Below are positions 12,037 to 22,192 of a stretch of DNA of 64,000 bases, one piece after another. The DNA is taken from positions 1-64,000 of the forward strand of contig CBDCGL010000011.1 of the NCBI GenBank assembly GCA_965216755.1. The letters are read 5' to 3'. The position numbers and the translations under genes are program-made. The number at the start of each line of letters is the position of its first letter. The stretch's first letter is position 1. The DNA comes from Alphaproteobacteria bacterium. GTDB lineage: Bacteria; Pseudomonadota; Alphaproteobacteria; UBA7887. A model generated the notes under the pieces. The model was given only the letters and a program-made list of their open reading frames with translations. It did no database searches and had not been told where the DNA came from.

Positions 12037-13290
12037 TCACTGGCCACGGCCGTTTTGGGTGTTACCGGCCTTTGGTAGCTCTGTTTGCTCTACCAATGGC
12101 AGATAGATTTTGAATGTCGTTCCTGCGCCGGGCTCGCTCGAAACATCGACAGCGCCTCCGTGGCCGGTGATGATGCCGTGGATCATAGCCAACCCCATCC
12201 CGGTTCCATCGCCGACGTCCTTGGTGGTGAAGAACGGCTCAAAAATCCGGTCCAAGGTCTCCTTATCCATTCCGTGCCCGGTGTCCTGAACCGACAACTT
12301 CGCGTAGGCGCCTGCCGCAAGTCCGAGTTGGTCACAGTTGCGCGGATCCTGGAAGTTGACCAACGACAGCCCAATCGTCAGTGCGCCAACCTTACCGCCC
12401 ATCGCGTGCACCGAATTCGAAACGAGATTCACGACGACCTGGTGGAGCTGGGTCTTGTCCGCCGGGACGGTGACCGCTTGATCACAGATTTCTAGGTAGA
12501 TTTCTATCGTGGCCGGGACGGTCGCAACGAACATTTCCATTTGTTCTTCGAGCACGTGCCGGAGGTCGACCAGTTTGCGCTCCGGATCGTCTCTACGGCT
12601 GAAAGAGAGAATCTTATCCACAAGTGCACCGGCGCGCTTCGCGCATTGCAGCACTCGACCCAAGTTTTCGTGGGAGCAGGAACCCTCCGGGACACGCTCC
12701 ATTGTGAGTTCGGTGAGACCTATTATGGGCAGCAACATATTGTTGAATTCATGTGCGATACCGGCGGCGAAAGCCCCGAGAGATTCCATCTTTTGGATTT
12801 GACGGAGCTGCTGCTCAAGTCGTCGTCCTCTTGATTCCGCTACTTTCCGCTCGGTGATGTCGCGGGCGACTCCGATAAACAACATGTCCTGGCCCAAACC
12901 CAGTGTTCCGATGGTCAGATCCATCGGAAATGTCCTGCCATCCTTGCGAAGGCCGACGACCTCGCGCGGGCCAGAACCTACAATTTTGCCCTTCCCGGAA
13001 CGTAGATACGACTGGATGTATCCATCATGCCGACCGCGGTGCGGCTCCGTCATCAGTATCCGGACGTTTTTCCCGACCACTTCATCGACGGCATGGCCGA
13101 ACGTCTTTTCGGCTGCAGGATTGAAACTCTCGATGGTTCCCTCCACGTCGATCGTAATGATGGCATCCGCAATATTCTGCATAATTCCCGCGAGGCGTTC
13201 TTCGCGTTTGCGCAAAAGCCGGTCCTGCTCATGCATTGGGATATTAGTGTGCTTCTCGTTTCGAGCGGACATGAAAGGCATGACTGACAA
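12037..13290 (-). CDS. PAS (FixL-like) sensor histidine kinase; start uncertain
   Basis: PAS EPHRGRHDGYIQSY...GLRKDG; H-box AHEFNN; NLVSNS, DTGHGM, FFTTK, GMGL. Confidence 0.9.
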   Translation of the reverse strand: MSVMPFMSARNEKHTNIPMHEQDRLLRKREERLAGIMQNIADAIITIDVEGTIESFNPAAEKTFGHAVDEVVGKNVRILMTEPHRGRHDGYIQSYLRSGKGKIVGSGPREVVGLRKDGRTFPMDLTIGTLGLGQDMLFIGVARDITERKVAESRGRRLEQQLRQIQKMESLGAFAAGIAHEFNNMLLPIIGLTELTMERVPEGSCSHENLGRVLQCAKRAGALVDKILSFSRRDDPERKLVDLRHVLEEQMEMFVATVPATIEIYLEICDQAVTVPADKTQLHQVVVNLVSNSVHAMGGKVGALTIGLSLVNFQDPRNCDQLGLAAGAYAKLSVQDTGHGMDKETLDRIFEPFFTTKDVGDGTGMGLAMIHGIITGHGGAVDVSSEPGAGTTFKIYLPLVEQTELPKAGNTQNGRGQ

Positions 13291-13421
13291 GTCACCAATT
13301 TTTCTTTTCGGTTCTATCCCGAACGATTGCGGATGCGCATTTGATCTGCTCCCCCAAAACTGGATCGATTTTGGTTAGAGTTCGTGGGATAGAATTCTCG
13401 GGCTGGGGGGAGCTGAGAGCG

Positions 13422-13688
13422 ATGAAAGCATCGAGATTTTCGGACGCGCAGAAAGCGTTCATCATCAAGCAGGGAGAAGACGGCACGTCGGTCGCTGAGA
13501 TTTGTCGGAAGGCGGGGATCAGCCAAGCGACCTATTTCAACTGGAAGAAAAAGTATGCTGGGATGATGCCGTCGGAGATGAAACGTTTGCGCGCCCTCGA
13601 AGACGAGAATGCCCGGTTGAAGAAAATCGTCGCTGATCTTTCGCTGGACAAAGAAATGCTTCAAGACGTCATCAAGAGAAAGCTCTGA
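13422..13688 (+). CDS. IS3-family transposase OrfA
   Basis: MKASRFSDAQKAFI...ICRKAGISQATYFNWKKKY...LEDENARLKKIVADLSLD. Confidence 0.93.
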   Translation: MKASRFSDAQKAFIIKQGEDGTSVAEICRKAGISQATYFNWKKKYAGMMPSEMKRLRALEDENARLKKIVADLSLDKEMLQDVIKRKL

Positions 13689-13720
13689 GGCCTGCTCGGA
13701 AACGATCGCTGGTCGACGAG

Positions 13721-14506
13721 ATGCGCCGTATTTGGGACGTATCGATACGAAGAGCCTGTCAGGTTTTATTGTTCGACACGTCCAGCTATCACTACACGTC
13801 CCGTCGGCCCGAGCAGGCCGGTTTAGAACAGCGAATTCGGGAGATTTGCCAGACGCGCGTTCGGTACGGTTATCGGCGCGTGCATGTGATGCTTCGCCGT
13901 GAGGGTTGGGTGATCAATCACAAGAAGACACGCCGCATCTACAACGAACTTGGTCTGCAGCTTCGCAACAAACCACCGCGGCGACGGGTGAAAGCGAAGT
14001 TGCGCGGCGATCGCAGACCGCCGTCTCGTCCACACGAGATCTGGGCGATGGATTTCGTGCACGACCAATTGGCAACCGGCCGGAAACTCCGGATCCTGAC
14101 TGTGATCGACACGTTCTCGCGTTTCGTACCGGTTCTCGACGCGCGTTTCAGTTATCGCGGCGAAGATGTTGTGCAGACGCTTGAGCGGATCTGCATGAAA
14201 ATCGGTTACCCCACGACCATCCGTGTCGACCAGGGTTCGGAATTCGTCTCCCGTGATCTCGATCTTTGGGCGTACCAAAACAATGTCACTTTGGACTTCA
14301 GTCGTCCGGGGAAACCGACAGATAACGCCTTCATTGAAGCCTTCAACGGGCGTCTCAGAGCCGAATGTTTGAACACTAACTGGTTCATGACCCTTGCCGA
14401 CGCAACGGAAAAGTTGGAGGATTGGCGTAGAGACTACAATGAGGTGAGACCGCATGGCGCGATCGGCAACAAGCCCCCGATCGTGCTCGTGAATCACGAT
14501 GGATGA
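13721..14506 (+). CDS. IS3-family transposase OrfB (DDE)
   Basis: YGYRR, WAMDF, VDQGSEF, PGKPTDNAFIEAFNGRLRAECLN. Confidence 0.93.
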   Translation: MRRIWDVSIRRACQVLLFDTSSYHYTSRRPEQAGLEQRIREICQTRVRYGYRRVHVMLRREGWVINHKKTRRIYNELGLQLRNKPPRRRVKAKLRGDRRPPSRPHEIWAMDFVHDQLATGRKLRILTVIDTFSRFVPVLDARFSYRGEDVVQTLERICMKIGYPTTIRVDQGSEFVSRDLDLWAYQNNVTLDFSRPGKPTDNAFIEAFNGRLRAECLNTNWFMTLADATEKLEDWRRDYNEVRPHGAIGNKPPIVLVNHDG

Positions 14507-14523
14507 ACCAGCCCACCATCGTG

Positions 14524-14676
14524 AAATGGCCGCGAAACTCTAGCCGCGGGCGATCCAAAGAATGGGAGCGGTCCAAATGGCCGCGAAACTCTAGCCGCGG
14601 GCGATCCAAAGAATGGGAGCGGTCCAAATGGCCGCGAAACTCTAGCCGCGGGCGATCCAAAGAATGGGAGCGGTCC
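14524..14676 (+). repeat. Three identical tandem 51-bp copies of an IR-like sequence at the IS right end
   Basis: aaatggccgcgaaactctagccgcgggcgatccaaagaatgggagcggtcc x3. Confidence 0.96.
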
Positions 14677-14880
14677 AAAGGCCCTATGGACTATACCCAA
14701 TTTTGGAGGAGATCGCGGGGCTCACGTCAAATTCGGTTGGTCGATCCGGCGCGTACGTTGCCCCGGTTGGTCGAATTGGCCCCCGTCCAAAGTGTGTTTG
14801 TCTCAAGTGAATGGGAAGAGTAGGTATAAATCCCTTGATAGCACTTGCCCCATCAACGGAGAGGCGCAATAGAATTGCGC

Positions 14881-15891
14881 ATGATGGAATTCGTCGCTTT
14901 GCCACGTGAAGAAAGGTTGCGGCGGTTGGCCGTCGTGGCCCGGGCCGCGCTGAATCACTATGACGTGCCCGCGGGTGCTTCAGTCGAACTGATCAACCTG
15001 TCAGAAAACGCTACATACCGTGTCGACGCGTCGGACGGTCGTACGTGGGCTCTCAGAGTGCACCGAGACGGTTATCATAGCCGGGCCGCAATTGCGTCGG
15101 AACTTTCCTGGCTTACGGCTCTGCGCCGGGACTGTGCCATCTTGACGCCGATACCCATGGCGGGCAAAGACGGCGGACTAATCCAGGTCGTCGACCTTGA
15201 TCTCATTCCTCGGCCACGACACGTGGTTATGACTCGGTGGGAAACCGGCAAAGAACCGGACCAAGAGTCGACAGATCTGCGTACGCCCTTTGAGAGACTG
15301 GGCGAGATCAGCGCGCGCATGCATTCGCACGCACAAACGTGGAAGCGGCCGGACTTTTTCCAGCGCTTTACGTGGGTGCACGAGACATCGCTGGGATCCA
15401 GTCCGCATTGGGGCCGTTGGCAGGATGGCCTAGGCATAACTCCTGAAATCCGGAGGATTTTTGGTCACACGGTCGACGTGATCGGGATGCGGCTTGATGC
15501 GTTCGGTAAGGGGAAGGACCGGTTCGGATTGCTACATTGCGACTTGCGGCTCGCAAATTTGCTGGTTGACGGGAACACCACCAAAGTCATCGATTTTGAT
15601 GACTGTGGCTTTAGCTGGTTCTTGTATGATTGTGCCACATCGGTGTCTTTCTTCGAACACAAGCCCGAAGTGCCTGAGTTGCTCGACGCGTGGGTCAAGG
15701 GTTACCGACGCGTGCGCGACTTGCCGATGGCGGATGAAGATGAGATTTGGACCTTTGTTATGCTCAGGCGGCTCCTGCTCGTGGCATGGATAGGTTCGCA
15801 TTCAGAGACCGAGCTTGCCGAATCGATGGGCGTAGAATTCACCCATACCACAGTGCCTCTTTGCGAGGACTATTTGTCAAGGTTTGCCTAG
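14881..15891 (+). CDS. Aminoglycoside-phosphotransferase / type II homoserine kinase-like phosphotransferase
   Basis: SENATY, LRVHR, HCDLRLANLL, VIDFDDCG. Confidence 0.88.
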   Translation: MMEFVALPREERLRRLAVVARAALNHYDVPAGASVELINLSENATYRVDASDGRTWALRVHRDGYHSRAAIASELSWLTALRRDCAILTPIPMAGKDGGLIQVVDLDLIPRPRHVVMTRWETGKEPDQESTDLRTPFERLGEISARMHSHAQTWKRPDFFQRFTWVHETSLGSSPHWGRWQDGLGITPEIRRIFGHTVDVIGMRLDAFGKGKDRFGLLHCDLRLANLLVDGNTTKVIDFDDCGFSWFLYDCATSVSFFEHKPEVPELLDAWVKGYRRVRDLPMADEDEIWTFVMLRRLLLVAWIGSHSETELAESMGVEFTHTTVPLCEDYLSRFA

Positions 15892-16121
15892 TCAGGCGCT
15901 GTCGTAAAGGGGCACTTTGCTGGTCGCAAATGTCAACTGTCCGATATGAAATGCGGGGGGCCAGTGGCTGCAACGGGCCTATCGATCCGAATAACAGCAG
16001 CCAACTAAGAGAGAATGGGTGTCGGACGTGGTCGGACCAATTCCGCAATGTCGGTCGATTGAGCAGTTAGTAATCAGCATACTTGTCTGGTGTAGCACGA
16101 GGTACTAGTTTTCCGACGACA

Positions 16122-16198
16122 GCGCCCGTAGCTCAGCTGGATAGAGCATCAGACTTCGAATCTGAGGGTCGGGAGTTCGAATCTCTCCGGGCGCGCCA
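16122..16198 (+). tRNA. tRNA-Arg with anticodon TCG
   Basis: GCGCCCGTAGCTCAGCTGGATAGAGCA TCAGA CT TCG AA TCTGA GGGTCGGGAGTTCGAATCTCTCCGGGCGCGCCA. Confidence 0.95.
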
Positions 16199-16583
16199 AG
16201 CGCGCAAATAACCGTTGTGTGTGACGACTGAACTACAAATAACCGTCGCTGTAAGTCACTTCGCCAAATCGGCTGCTTGCAACAGCTGTGGCTTCAAGTG
16301 GGCCACCTCTCTTCAAGCCCAGGGGGGGTTGCGGCGGTTCTCCAGCTCGACATTATGGATGAAGTCCGGCCCCATTTGGCGCAAGTCAGTCAAGCCTGAC
16401 TGGGCCATGACGACGTCAATTTCATCATGAAGGATTTCAATGGCGTGGGCTACGCCATCGGTTCCACCCGCGACGGCTCCATACAATGCCGGCCGGCCAG
16501 CAAAAACGAACTCAGCACCAAGGCATAGCGCGATCAGCACATCCGAGCCGCGACGAATGCCACTGTCGAACATGACCCGTCAT
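16151..16583 (+). repeat. Left direct repeat (attL-like), ~430 bp
   Basis: Matches 49924-50355 with about a dozen differences counted by eye. Confidence 0.95.
16313..16583 (-). pseudogene. 3' fragment of the alpha-hydroxy-acid oxidase gene (duplicate of the end of 50086-51264)
   Basis: MFDSGIRRGSDVLIALCLGA...ENRRNPPWA is near-identical to the C-terminus of the intact gene. Confidence 0.93.
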
Positions 16584-16881
16584 CAAATGGGAATGACGCC
16601 GGCGGTTGATTGCGTTCTCCCAGACTCTGTTGCGGGTCAGGTTTTTCCCAAACACCCATTAGGCCCTTCGTTGGCATGGCGGCTACTTGAGTAGCTCAAG
16701 ATCTTTTGTATATGTCATATCCTGCTTCTACATCGCGCAGTTACGCAAGGTGATTTACATTTTGATACAATTTGTTTCTGTCCTCCGCTTTTTGTTTTTG
16801 GCTAAGATCGGCATCAGCCTCCGCCTTTGGCAATCGAAGTGCAAGCCCGTTGGCTGGCTGAGGCGACGATTTGCGGGAGCT

Positions 16882-17250
16882 ATGACCATGGGGAAGAAGC
16901 ACCTTGGCCTCTTTTGCTGCCTTACAGTCTTTGCGGCGGCGATATTCGGCGGGAAGGAGGTCTTGCGGGCTGAGACACACGCCGAATATGGCGATATCGC
17001 GAGCGGTAAGCGCACATTTGCCATTCATTGCTCTCACTGCCATGGACCGTTCGGCAATGGCAATCTCGGCCCCAATCTGACCGATGAAGCGACGCTCCAC
17101 GGAGAAAACTATGAGGACATCCTAAGAGTGGTGACGTATGGCGTACGCGGCAAGGCGATGCGGTCCTGGTCGAACACCCTGAACCCGACTCGGTTAAGAG
17201 ACGTCGCGGCTTATGTCTACAGTCTTTACGGGAGCCAAACAGAGCAGTGA
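16882..17250 (+). CDS. c-type cytochrome (cbb3 subunit III-like domain)
   Basis: Signal peptide, CSHCH, GPNLTD, AMRSW. Confidence 0.85.
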   Translation: MTMGKKHLGLFCCLTVFAAAIFGGKEVLRAETHAEYGDIASGKRTFAIHCSHCHGPFGNGNLGPNLTDEATLHGENYEDILRVVTYGVRGKAMRSWSNTLNPTRLRDVAAYVYSLYGSQTEQ

Positions 17251-17281
17251 GCGGCGACCGGCGCCGGATTCATGTCATTCA

Positions 17282-17440
17282 GCCGATGTCGACTGCAAGA
17301 TCGCCGATCTGCGATCGATCCGTGCGACGCTGGCGCTACTGGTCGATCGCTGTCACGGCGATGAGCGACCTGAGTGTCCTATTTTGGATGAGCGTTTAGC
17401 TTTCGACGGAGCCCAGGGCACGTTCGGGGAAGGCCGATGA
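17282..17440 (+). pseudogene. C-terminal remnant of a CueR-like MerR-family copper sensor
   Basis: KIADLRSIRATLALLVDRCHGDERPECPILD contains the CueR metal loop CxGDxRPxCPIL; no HTH upstream. Confidence 0.8.
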
Positions 17441-17910
17441 GTGGCCGCGTGGTAGGCATTGTGCTCGTTGTCGGTTTACTGATGATAGCCGGTGCCTGGT
17501 GGTTTCTCAGTTCCGTTGACGCTCCACCTGAACAGTCTTCGGCTAACAACCCGGCGTTCGTCCAGCTTGGTGAACAAGTCTATGCAGCCAATTGCGCGAG
17601 CTGCCACGGCGAGAATGGTCAAGGTCAGGCTAACTGGCGCGAACGTAAGGTCGACGGCAAGCTTCCGGCGCCACCACTCAATGGCACCGGTCATACGTGG
17701 CATCATCCTGATGATCAGCTTCGTATGTTCATCACAGAAGGCATCGCCGCCATCGTGACAGCCGACTACAAGAGCGACATGGTGGGCTTCGGCGACAAGC
17801 TGAGCGATCGCGAGATCGATGCCGCTATAGCCTTCATCAAGACCTGGTGGACGGACGAAGTTGTGGCACGCCAACAAGACATAACCGAACGTTCCGCATC
17901 TTCGAGGTGA
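17437..17910 (+). CDS. Membrane-anchored c-type cytochrome
   Basis: N-terminal TM, CASCH, PAPPLNGTGHTWHHPD, MVGF. Confidence 0.9.
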   Translation: MSGRVVGIVLVVGLLMIAGAWWFLSSVDAPPEQSSANNPAFVQLGEQVYAANCASCHGENGQGQANWRERKVDGKLPAPPLNGTGHTWHHPDDQLRMFITEGIAAIVTADYKSDMVGFGDKLSDREIDAAIAFIKTWWTDEVVARQQDITERSASSR

Positions 17911-17913
17911 GGC

Positions 17914-20409
17914 ATGAGCAGTGCAATCGAGGCGGCCAATCGCAGCGTCAAGGATCCGACATGTGGTATGACTGTGGATCCCAACAGTGCGTTGCACGAT
18001 GCCACACATGACGGTGTAAGGTACTATTTTTGCTCTGATCACTGCGCACAGAAGTTCCGCGCGGACCCTGTGGCGGTGCTGAAAAGCGAAACTGTTGCCG
18101 GCGAAGTGCAGGGTAGCCATTGCAATGGCGGTCACCGGGACACGAGCGATGCAGCCGCCACTTCACCAAGTGATCGGGCTGGCAAATACATTTGTCCGAT
18201 GTGCCCCGGGGTCGAAAGCGATCACCCTGACTCCTGTCCGAGCTGCGGCATGGCACTAGAGCGCGCGCGGCCGGCTGCCACGCGGCAAACAAAATACACC
18301 TGCCCCATGCATCCGGAGATTGTGCGGGACGAACCTGGCGATTGCCCAATTTGCGGCATGGCGCTGGAGCCCGTGACAGTCTCGGTTGATGACGAAGCCA
18401 ATCCGGAACTGGTGGACATGGCACGGCGTTTTTGGGTCGGGCTTGTGTTGACGGTGCCCGTGTTGGTTATTGCAATGGGCCCACACGTACCGGGCTTCGG
18501 CGAACTGCTGCACGATTTAATGCCCAAAAACGCGCTGAACTGGATCGAGCTTGTTTTTGCAACGCCCGTCGTACTTTGGGCGGGTTGGCCGTTTTTCGAG
18601 CGCGGAGGGAAATCACTCGTCACACTTAACCTCAACATGTTCACCTTGATCGCGCTCGGAGTTGGCGCGGCCTACCTGTTCAGTGTCGTTGCTACTGTCG
18701 TGCCGGATGTCTTTCCTGCCACGTTCCGCGGTCCCGAGGGCGGTGTCGGCGTATACTTCGAGGCAGCTGCCGTCATCGTCGTGCTGGTGCTTCTTGGCCA
18801 AGTCATGGAGCTGCGGGCGCGGGAAAAAACGAGCGGTGCGCTACGCGCTTTGCTGGATCTCGCGCCGGCGACGGCGCTGCGCATCAAGGCGAATGGCGAA
18901 GACGAGGAAGTCTCGCTCGACCGCGTGAATGTTGGTGACCGTCTGCGTGTACGGCCGGGCGACAAAGTGCCGGTGGACGGGGAAGTGCTAGACGGGCACA
19001 GCTCGGTCGATGAATCCATGGTGACCGGAGAGCCAATTCCCGTAGAGAAGACGCGCGGCGAGGCGGCCATAGGCGGCACGCTGAACCATACCGGCAGTTT
19101 CGTCATGCGCGCTGACCGCGTCGGCGCGGAAACCATGTTGTCCCAAATCGTTCAGATGGTGGCCGAAGCCCAGCGTTCGCGTGCCCCGATCCAGCGCGTG
19201 GCGGACGTGGTGGCCGGCTATTTCGTGCCGATTGTTGTTGCAATCGCCATAATCGCCTTCGTCGTCTGGAGCATATGGGGGCCACCGCCGGCCATGGCGC
19301 ACGCCCTCATAGTCGCCGTCTCGGTATTGATCATTGCCTGCCCCTGCGCGCTCGGTCTGGCGACACCGATGTCCATCATGACCGGTACCGGGCGCGGCGC
19401 TCAGGCCGGTGTGCTCATCAAGAACGCGGAAGCGCTGGAGCGCCTTGAGAAGGTCGATACGTTGATCGTTGATAAAACGGGCACGTTGACAGAAGGAAAA
19501 CCGAAGGTCGTCGCGGTGGAACCGGCGGAGGGACAGGACGAGCGAGAGTTGATACGCCTGGCGGCCAGTATCGAGCGTGGCAGCGAACACCCGCTTGCTG
19601 CAGCAATCATTGGCGCGGCGCGAGAGCTGGACATCGAACTGCGTGAAGCGACCGAATTTGACGCGCCGACTGGCAAGGGTGTGATCGGCGTTGTCGATGG
19701 GCATAGGGTCGGTCTCGGAAATATCCAGCTGCTGAAGGATCTTGACGTGGATCCCACGCCATTGGCGGAAAGAGCCGACAAACTGCGCAGTGATGGCGAG
19801 ACCGTCATGTTCGTTGCCATCGATGGAAAGCTTGCCGGCTTGATCGGCGTGGCCGATCCCATTAAAGAGACCACACCGAAGGCCATTGCCGAACTCCAGC
19901 GCGACCAAATTCGCATCGTTATGTTGACCGGCGATAATCGCCGCACCGCCGAGGCGGTAGCGCGCAAGCTCGATATCGGCGAAGTGGAGGCGGAGATATT
20001 GCCGCAGCAGAAGGCCGATGTCGTGAAGAAGCACCGGGCGGAGGGGCGCGTCGTCGCGATGGCCGGAGACGGAGTCAACGATGCGCCGGCGCTGGCCGAA
20101 GCGGAGGTGGGCGTGGCCATGGGTACGGGCACCGACGTCGCTATCAAGAGTGCAGGCGTGACGCTCGTGCGTGGCGATCTGGCCGGTATCGTCAAGGCGC
20201 GCCGTCTTAGCCGCGCCGTGATGCGGAATATCCGGCAAAATCTCTTTTTCGCCTTTGTCTACAATGCGCTCGGCGTGCCAATCACCGCCGGTGTTCTCTA
20301 CCCGGCATTTGGGCTACTACTGAGCCCGATCATCGCCGCGGCTGCAATGAGCCTCAGTTCGGTTTCCGTCGTTGGTAATGCGCTACGCCTGCGCGCGGCA
20401 AAGATATGA
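17914..20409 (+). CDS. copA: Cu(I)/Ag(I)-translocating P1B-type ATPase with YHS and CPMH-type metal-binding domains
   Basis: DPTCGM...YFCS, YTCPMHP...CPICGM, TGEP, CPC, DKTGT, SEHP, GDGVND, YN, MSLSS. Confidence 0.95.
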   Translation: MSSAIEAANRSVKDPTCGMTVDPNSALHDATHDGVRYYFCSDHCAQKFRADPVAVLKSETVAGEVQGSHCNGGHRDTSDAAATSPSDRAGKYICPMCPGVESDHPDSCPSCGMALERARPAATRQTKYTCPMHPEIVRDEPGDCPICGMALEPVTVSVDDEANPELVDMARRFWVGLVLTVPVLVIAMGPHVPGFGELLHDLMPKNALNWIELVFATPVVLWAGWPFFERGGKSLVTLNLNMFTLIALGVGAAYLFSVVATVVPDVFPATFRGPEGGVGVYFEAAAVIVVLVLLGQVMELRAREKTSGALRALLDLAPATALRIKANGEDEEVSLDRVNVGDRLRVRPGDKVPVDGEVLDGHSSVDESMVTGEPIPVEKTRGEAAIGGTLNHTGSFVMRADRVGAETMLSQIVQMVAEAQRSRAPIQRVADVVAGYFVPIVVAIAIIAFVVWSIWGPPPAMAHALIVAVSVLIIACPCALGLATPMSIMTGTGRGAQAGVLIKNAEALERLEKVDTLIVDKTGTLTEGKPKVVAVEPAEGQDERELIRLAASIERGSEHPLAAAIIGAARELDIELREATEFDAPTGKGVIGVVDGHRVGLGNIQLLKDLDVDPTPLAERADKLRSDGETVMFVAIDGKLAGLIGVADPIKETTPKAIAELQRDQIRIVMLTGDNRRTAEAVARKLDIGEVEAEILPQQKADVVKKHRAEGRVVAMAGDGVNDAPALAEAEVGVAMGTGTDVAIKSAGVTLVRGDLAGIVKARRLSRAVMRNIRQNLFFAFVYNALGVPITAGVLYPAFGLLLSPIIAAAAMSLSSVSVVGNALRLRAAKI

Positions 20410-20491
20410 GTGTCTCTGCGCTACCAATTCCTTGTGTACAGGTATGTCACATAGCTAACGAATTGCCGTTTAGGGAATTTTGTCTGCGACG

Positions 20492-20926
20492 TTACATTCT
20501 ATGTGGGCGATAGTTGATACCATTGGCTGTCTGAAGCTCGCGAATGTAACGGACGATTCGGCTGACGTCGGTTTTGGTGACCTGCGGTTGCCGCGGCATA
20601 TCCCCGAATGGCCAATGATGTTGGCGCACACCGCGCTGCACGGCAATCAGAAATGCTTCATCACTGTGGTGACCAGGATTGTAAATGTCGTGAACCAATG
20701 GCGGCCCCTTATCAGTCCCGGCTCCGTTCGCGCCGTGACACTCGGCGCAATTCTTATCAAATAGCGCTTTACCTCTTTCTGCACTGGCGGAAAGCGCGGG
20801 AACAACGACCATATCCGGCGCGATTTCGTCACTGGATCGGCCAAATATCTGTAGAATGGTGAGCACGGCACCCCCAATAAGAATCGCCCCCAAACCGAGC
20901 GGTAGGGCCCGTTCGGAAATCTTCAT
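20492..20926 (-). CDS. c-type cytochrome
   Basis: TM, CAECH, GPPLVHDIYNPGHHSD, HHWPFGDMP. Confidence 0.9.
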   Translation of the reverse strand: MKISERALPLGLGAILIGGAVLTILQIFGRSSDEIAPDMVVVPALSASAERGKALFDKNCAECHGANGAGTDKGPPLVHDIYNPGHHSDEAFLIAVQRGVRQHHWPFGDMPRQPQVTKTDVSRIVRYIRELQTANGINYRPHRM

Positions 20927-20989
20927 CGGCTCACCTCTAAACTCGTCGTTATGATCGCAAACGCAAATGTTCCAGCACTGGCAATCCGA

Positions 20990-21544
20990 CTACCCGATCC
21001 GAATGTGGGTGTCGTCCAGATGTTCATATGGCGGTACCAAAAGGTTTCGTGGTGCAGGGCCTTGGCGAATTCGTCCCGATGCATCGTAGTGGGACCCGTG
21101 GCAAGGGCAGAACCAGCCACCCCATTTGCCGCGTGATGTGCCGGCTCTTTGCCCCATGGGCACACAGCCCAGGTGCGTGCATATTCCGACAACGATAAGC
21201 CATTCCGGGCGTGTCGCACGTTCGGAATCCAAGGCAGGATCTTTCAAATCGGCGTCGTCATCCTGTCTGGCGCGGACAATTTGTTCGTGCGTGCGGTGGT
21301 CGATGAAGACCGGCTGGCCGCGCCACGTGACCGTTATCCGTTGGCCGACTTCGAGTGCAGTGAGGTCGATTTCGACGCTGGCAAGTGCGACCACGTCAGC
21401 CGCCGGATTCATGCTATCGATGATCGGCCACACTGCGGCAAACGTACCGACGCCAGCCACGGCTCCAGTACTGACATAAAGGAAATCACGTCGAGTGATG
21501 TCGTCTCGGTGCGACACTGATTCGTCGATCATCGACTCAGACAT
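20990..21544 (-). CDS. petA: Rieske iron-sulfur protein (ubiquinol-cytochrome c reductase type), orphan
   Basis: Tat motif TRRDFL, CTHLGC, CPCHGS, GPAP. Confidence 0.92.
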   Translation of the reverse strand: MSESMIDESVSHRDDITRRDFLYVSTGAVAGVGTFAAVWPIIDSMNPAADVVALASVEIDLTALEVGQRITVTWRGQPVFIDHRTHEQIVRARQDDDADLKDPALDSERATRPEWLIVVGICTHLGCVPMGQRAGTSRGKWGGWFCPCHGSHYDASGRIRQGPAPRNLLVPPYEHLDDTHIRIG

Positions 21545-22190
21545 CTCGTATGTCCTCAACGTTAGTGCGCCAACAAGGAACGAATCCGGGCACGCGGGTT
21601 GCATATCGCTGGTAGGCGGCGCCAAAACTCTCCAACGCCTCATTTTCCTCCGCACGTGCCAGGCGGACATACATCCAGACGAGAAAAGGGAACATGAGCA
21701 GCGTAAGCAGCGTCGGCCATTGCAGAAGAAAGCCGAACATTACAGAAATGAAACCGATATATTGGGGATGCCGGACATAGCCATAAGGTCCCTCCGTGGC
21801 CAGCGCGTTGCGTCGCTGCGCGCCATAAAGGATTGTCCACGATCGTGAAATCAAAATAAAGCCGGAAACAATGAAAAGCATGCTCAACACATGAAAAGGA
21901 CCGAAGTGGGGATTGGATCGCCAACCAAATAACATTTCCGGCAGGTGGCCAGCATCATGAGAAAACCAGTCTATGCCGGAGTAGTTACTCTGTAGCCAGC
22001 CGGACAAGAAATAGATCGTCAGGGGAAAGCCATACATTTCGGAGAAGAGCGCAACGAGGAAGGCGCTGAACGCCCCGAGGGATCGCCAATCCCGCCCCGT
22101 CCGCGGCTTATAGAAGCTCGATGCGAACAAGATAAATATTGCGGAGTTAATAAATACCAGGAACCAAAGTCCGTAGGCGGACGCCTCCAT
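21537..22190 (-). CDS. Isoprenylcysteine carboxyl methyltransferase (ICMT/PEMT) family membrane protein
   Basis: EMYGFPLTIY, GPYGYVRHPQY, EE...FG..Y..Y. Confidence 0.88.
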   Translation of the reverse strand: MEASAYGLWFLVFINSAIFILFASSFYKPRTGRDWRSLGAFSAFLVALFSEMYGFPLTIYFLSGWLQSNYSGIDWFSHDAGHLPEMLFGWRSNPHFGPFHVLSMLFIVSGFILISRSWTILYGAQRRNALATEGPYGYVRHPQYIGFISVMFGFLLQWPTLLTLLMFPFLVWMYVRLARAEENEALESFGAAYQRYATRVPGFVPCWRTNVEDIRDV

Positions 22191-22192
22191 AG

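Larger units (their letters stand above)
13342..14729 (+). mobile_element. IS3-family element (IS407 group)
   Basis: TGA...TCA imperfect terminal inverted repeats and an orfA/orfB pair; no clear TSD. Confidence 0.88.

Noticed and set aside
14524-14676. 51-bp repeats as a CRISPR array or a real 17-aa repeat protein (ORF 14503-14823)
   Set aside because: There are no spacers, and the unit is explained as a copy of the IS terminal repeat.
5755-14729. True composite transposon carrying the kinase module
   Set aside because: The flanking IS3 elements belong to different groups with different ends, and no shared target duplication is visible.
18988-20238. Long antisense ORFs (also 43134-43772, 52411-53238, 55657-56931)
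   Set aside because: They lie opposite well-supported genes and are expected from GC-rich codon bias.
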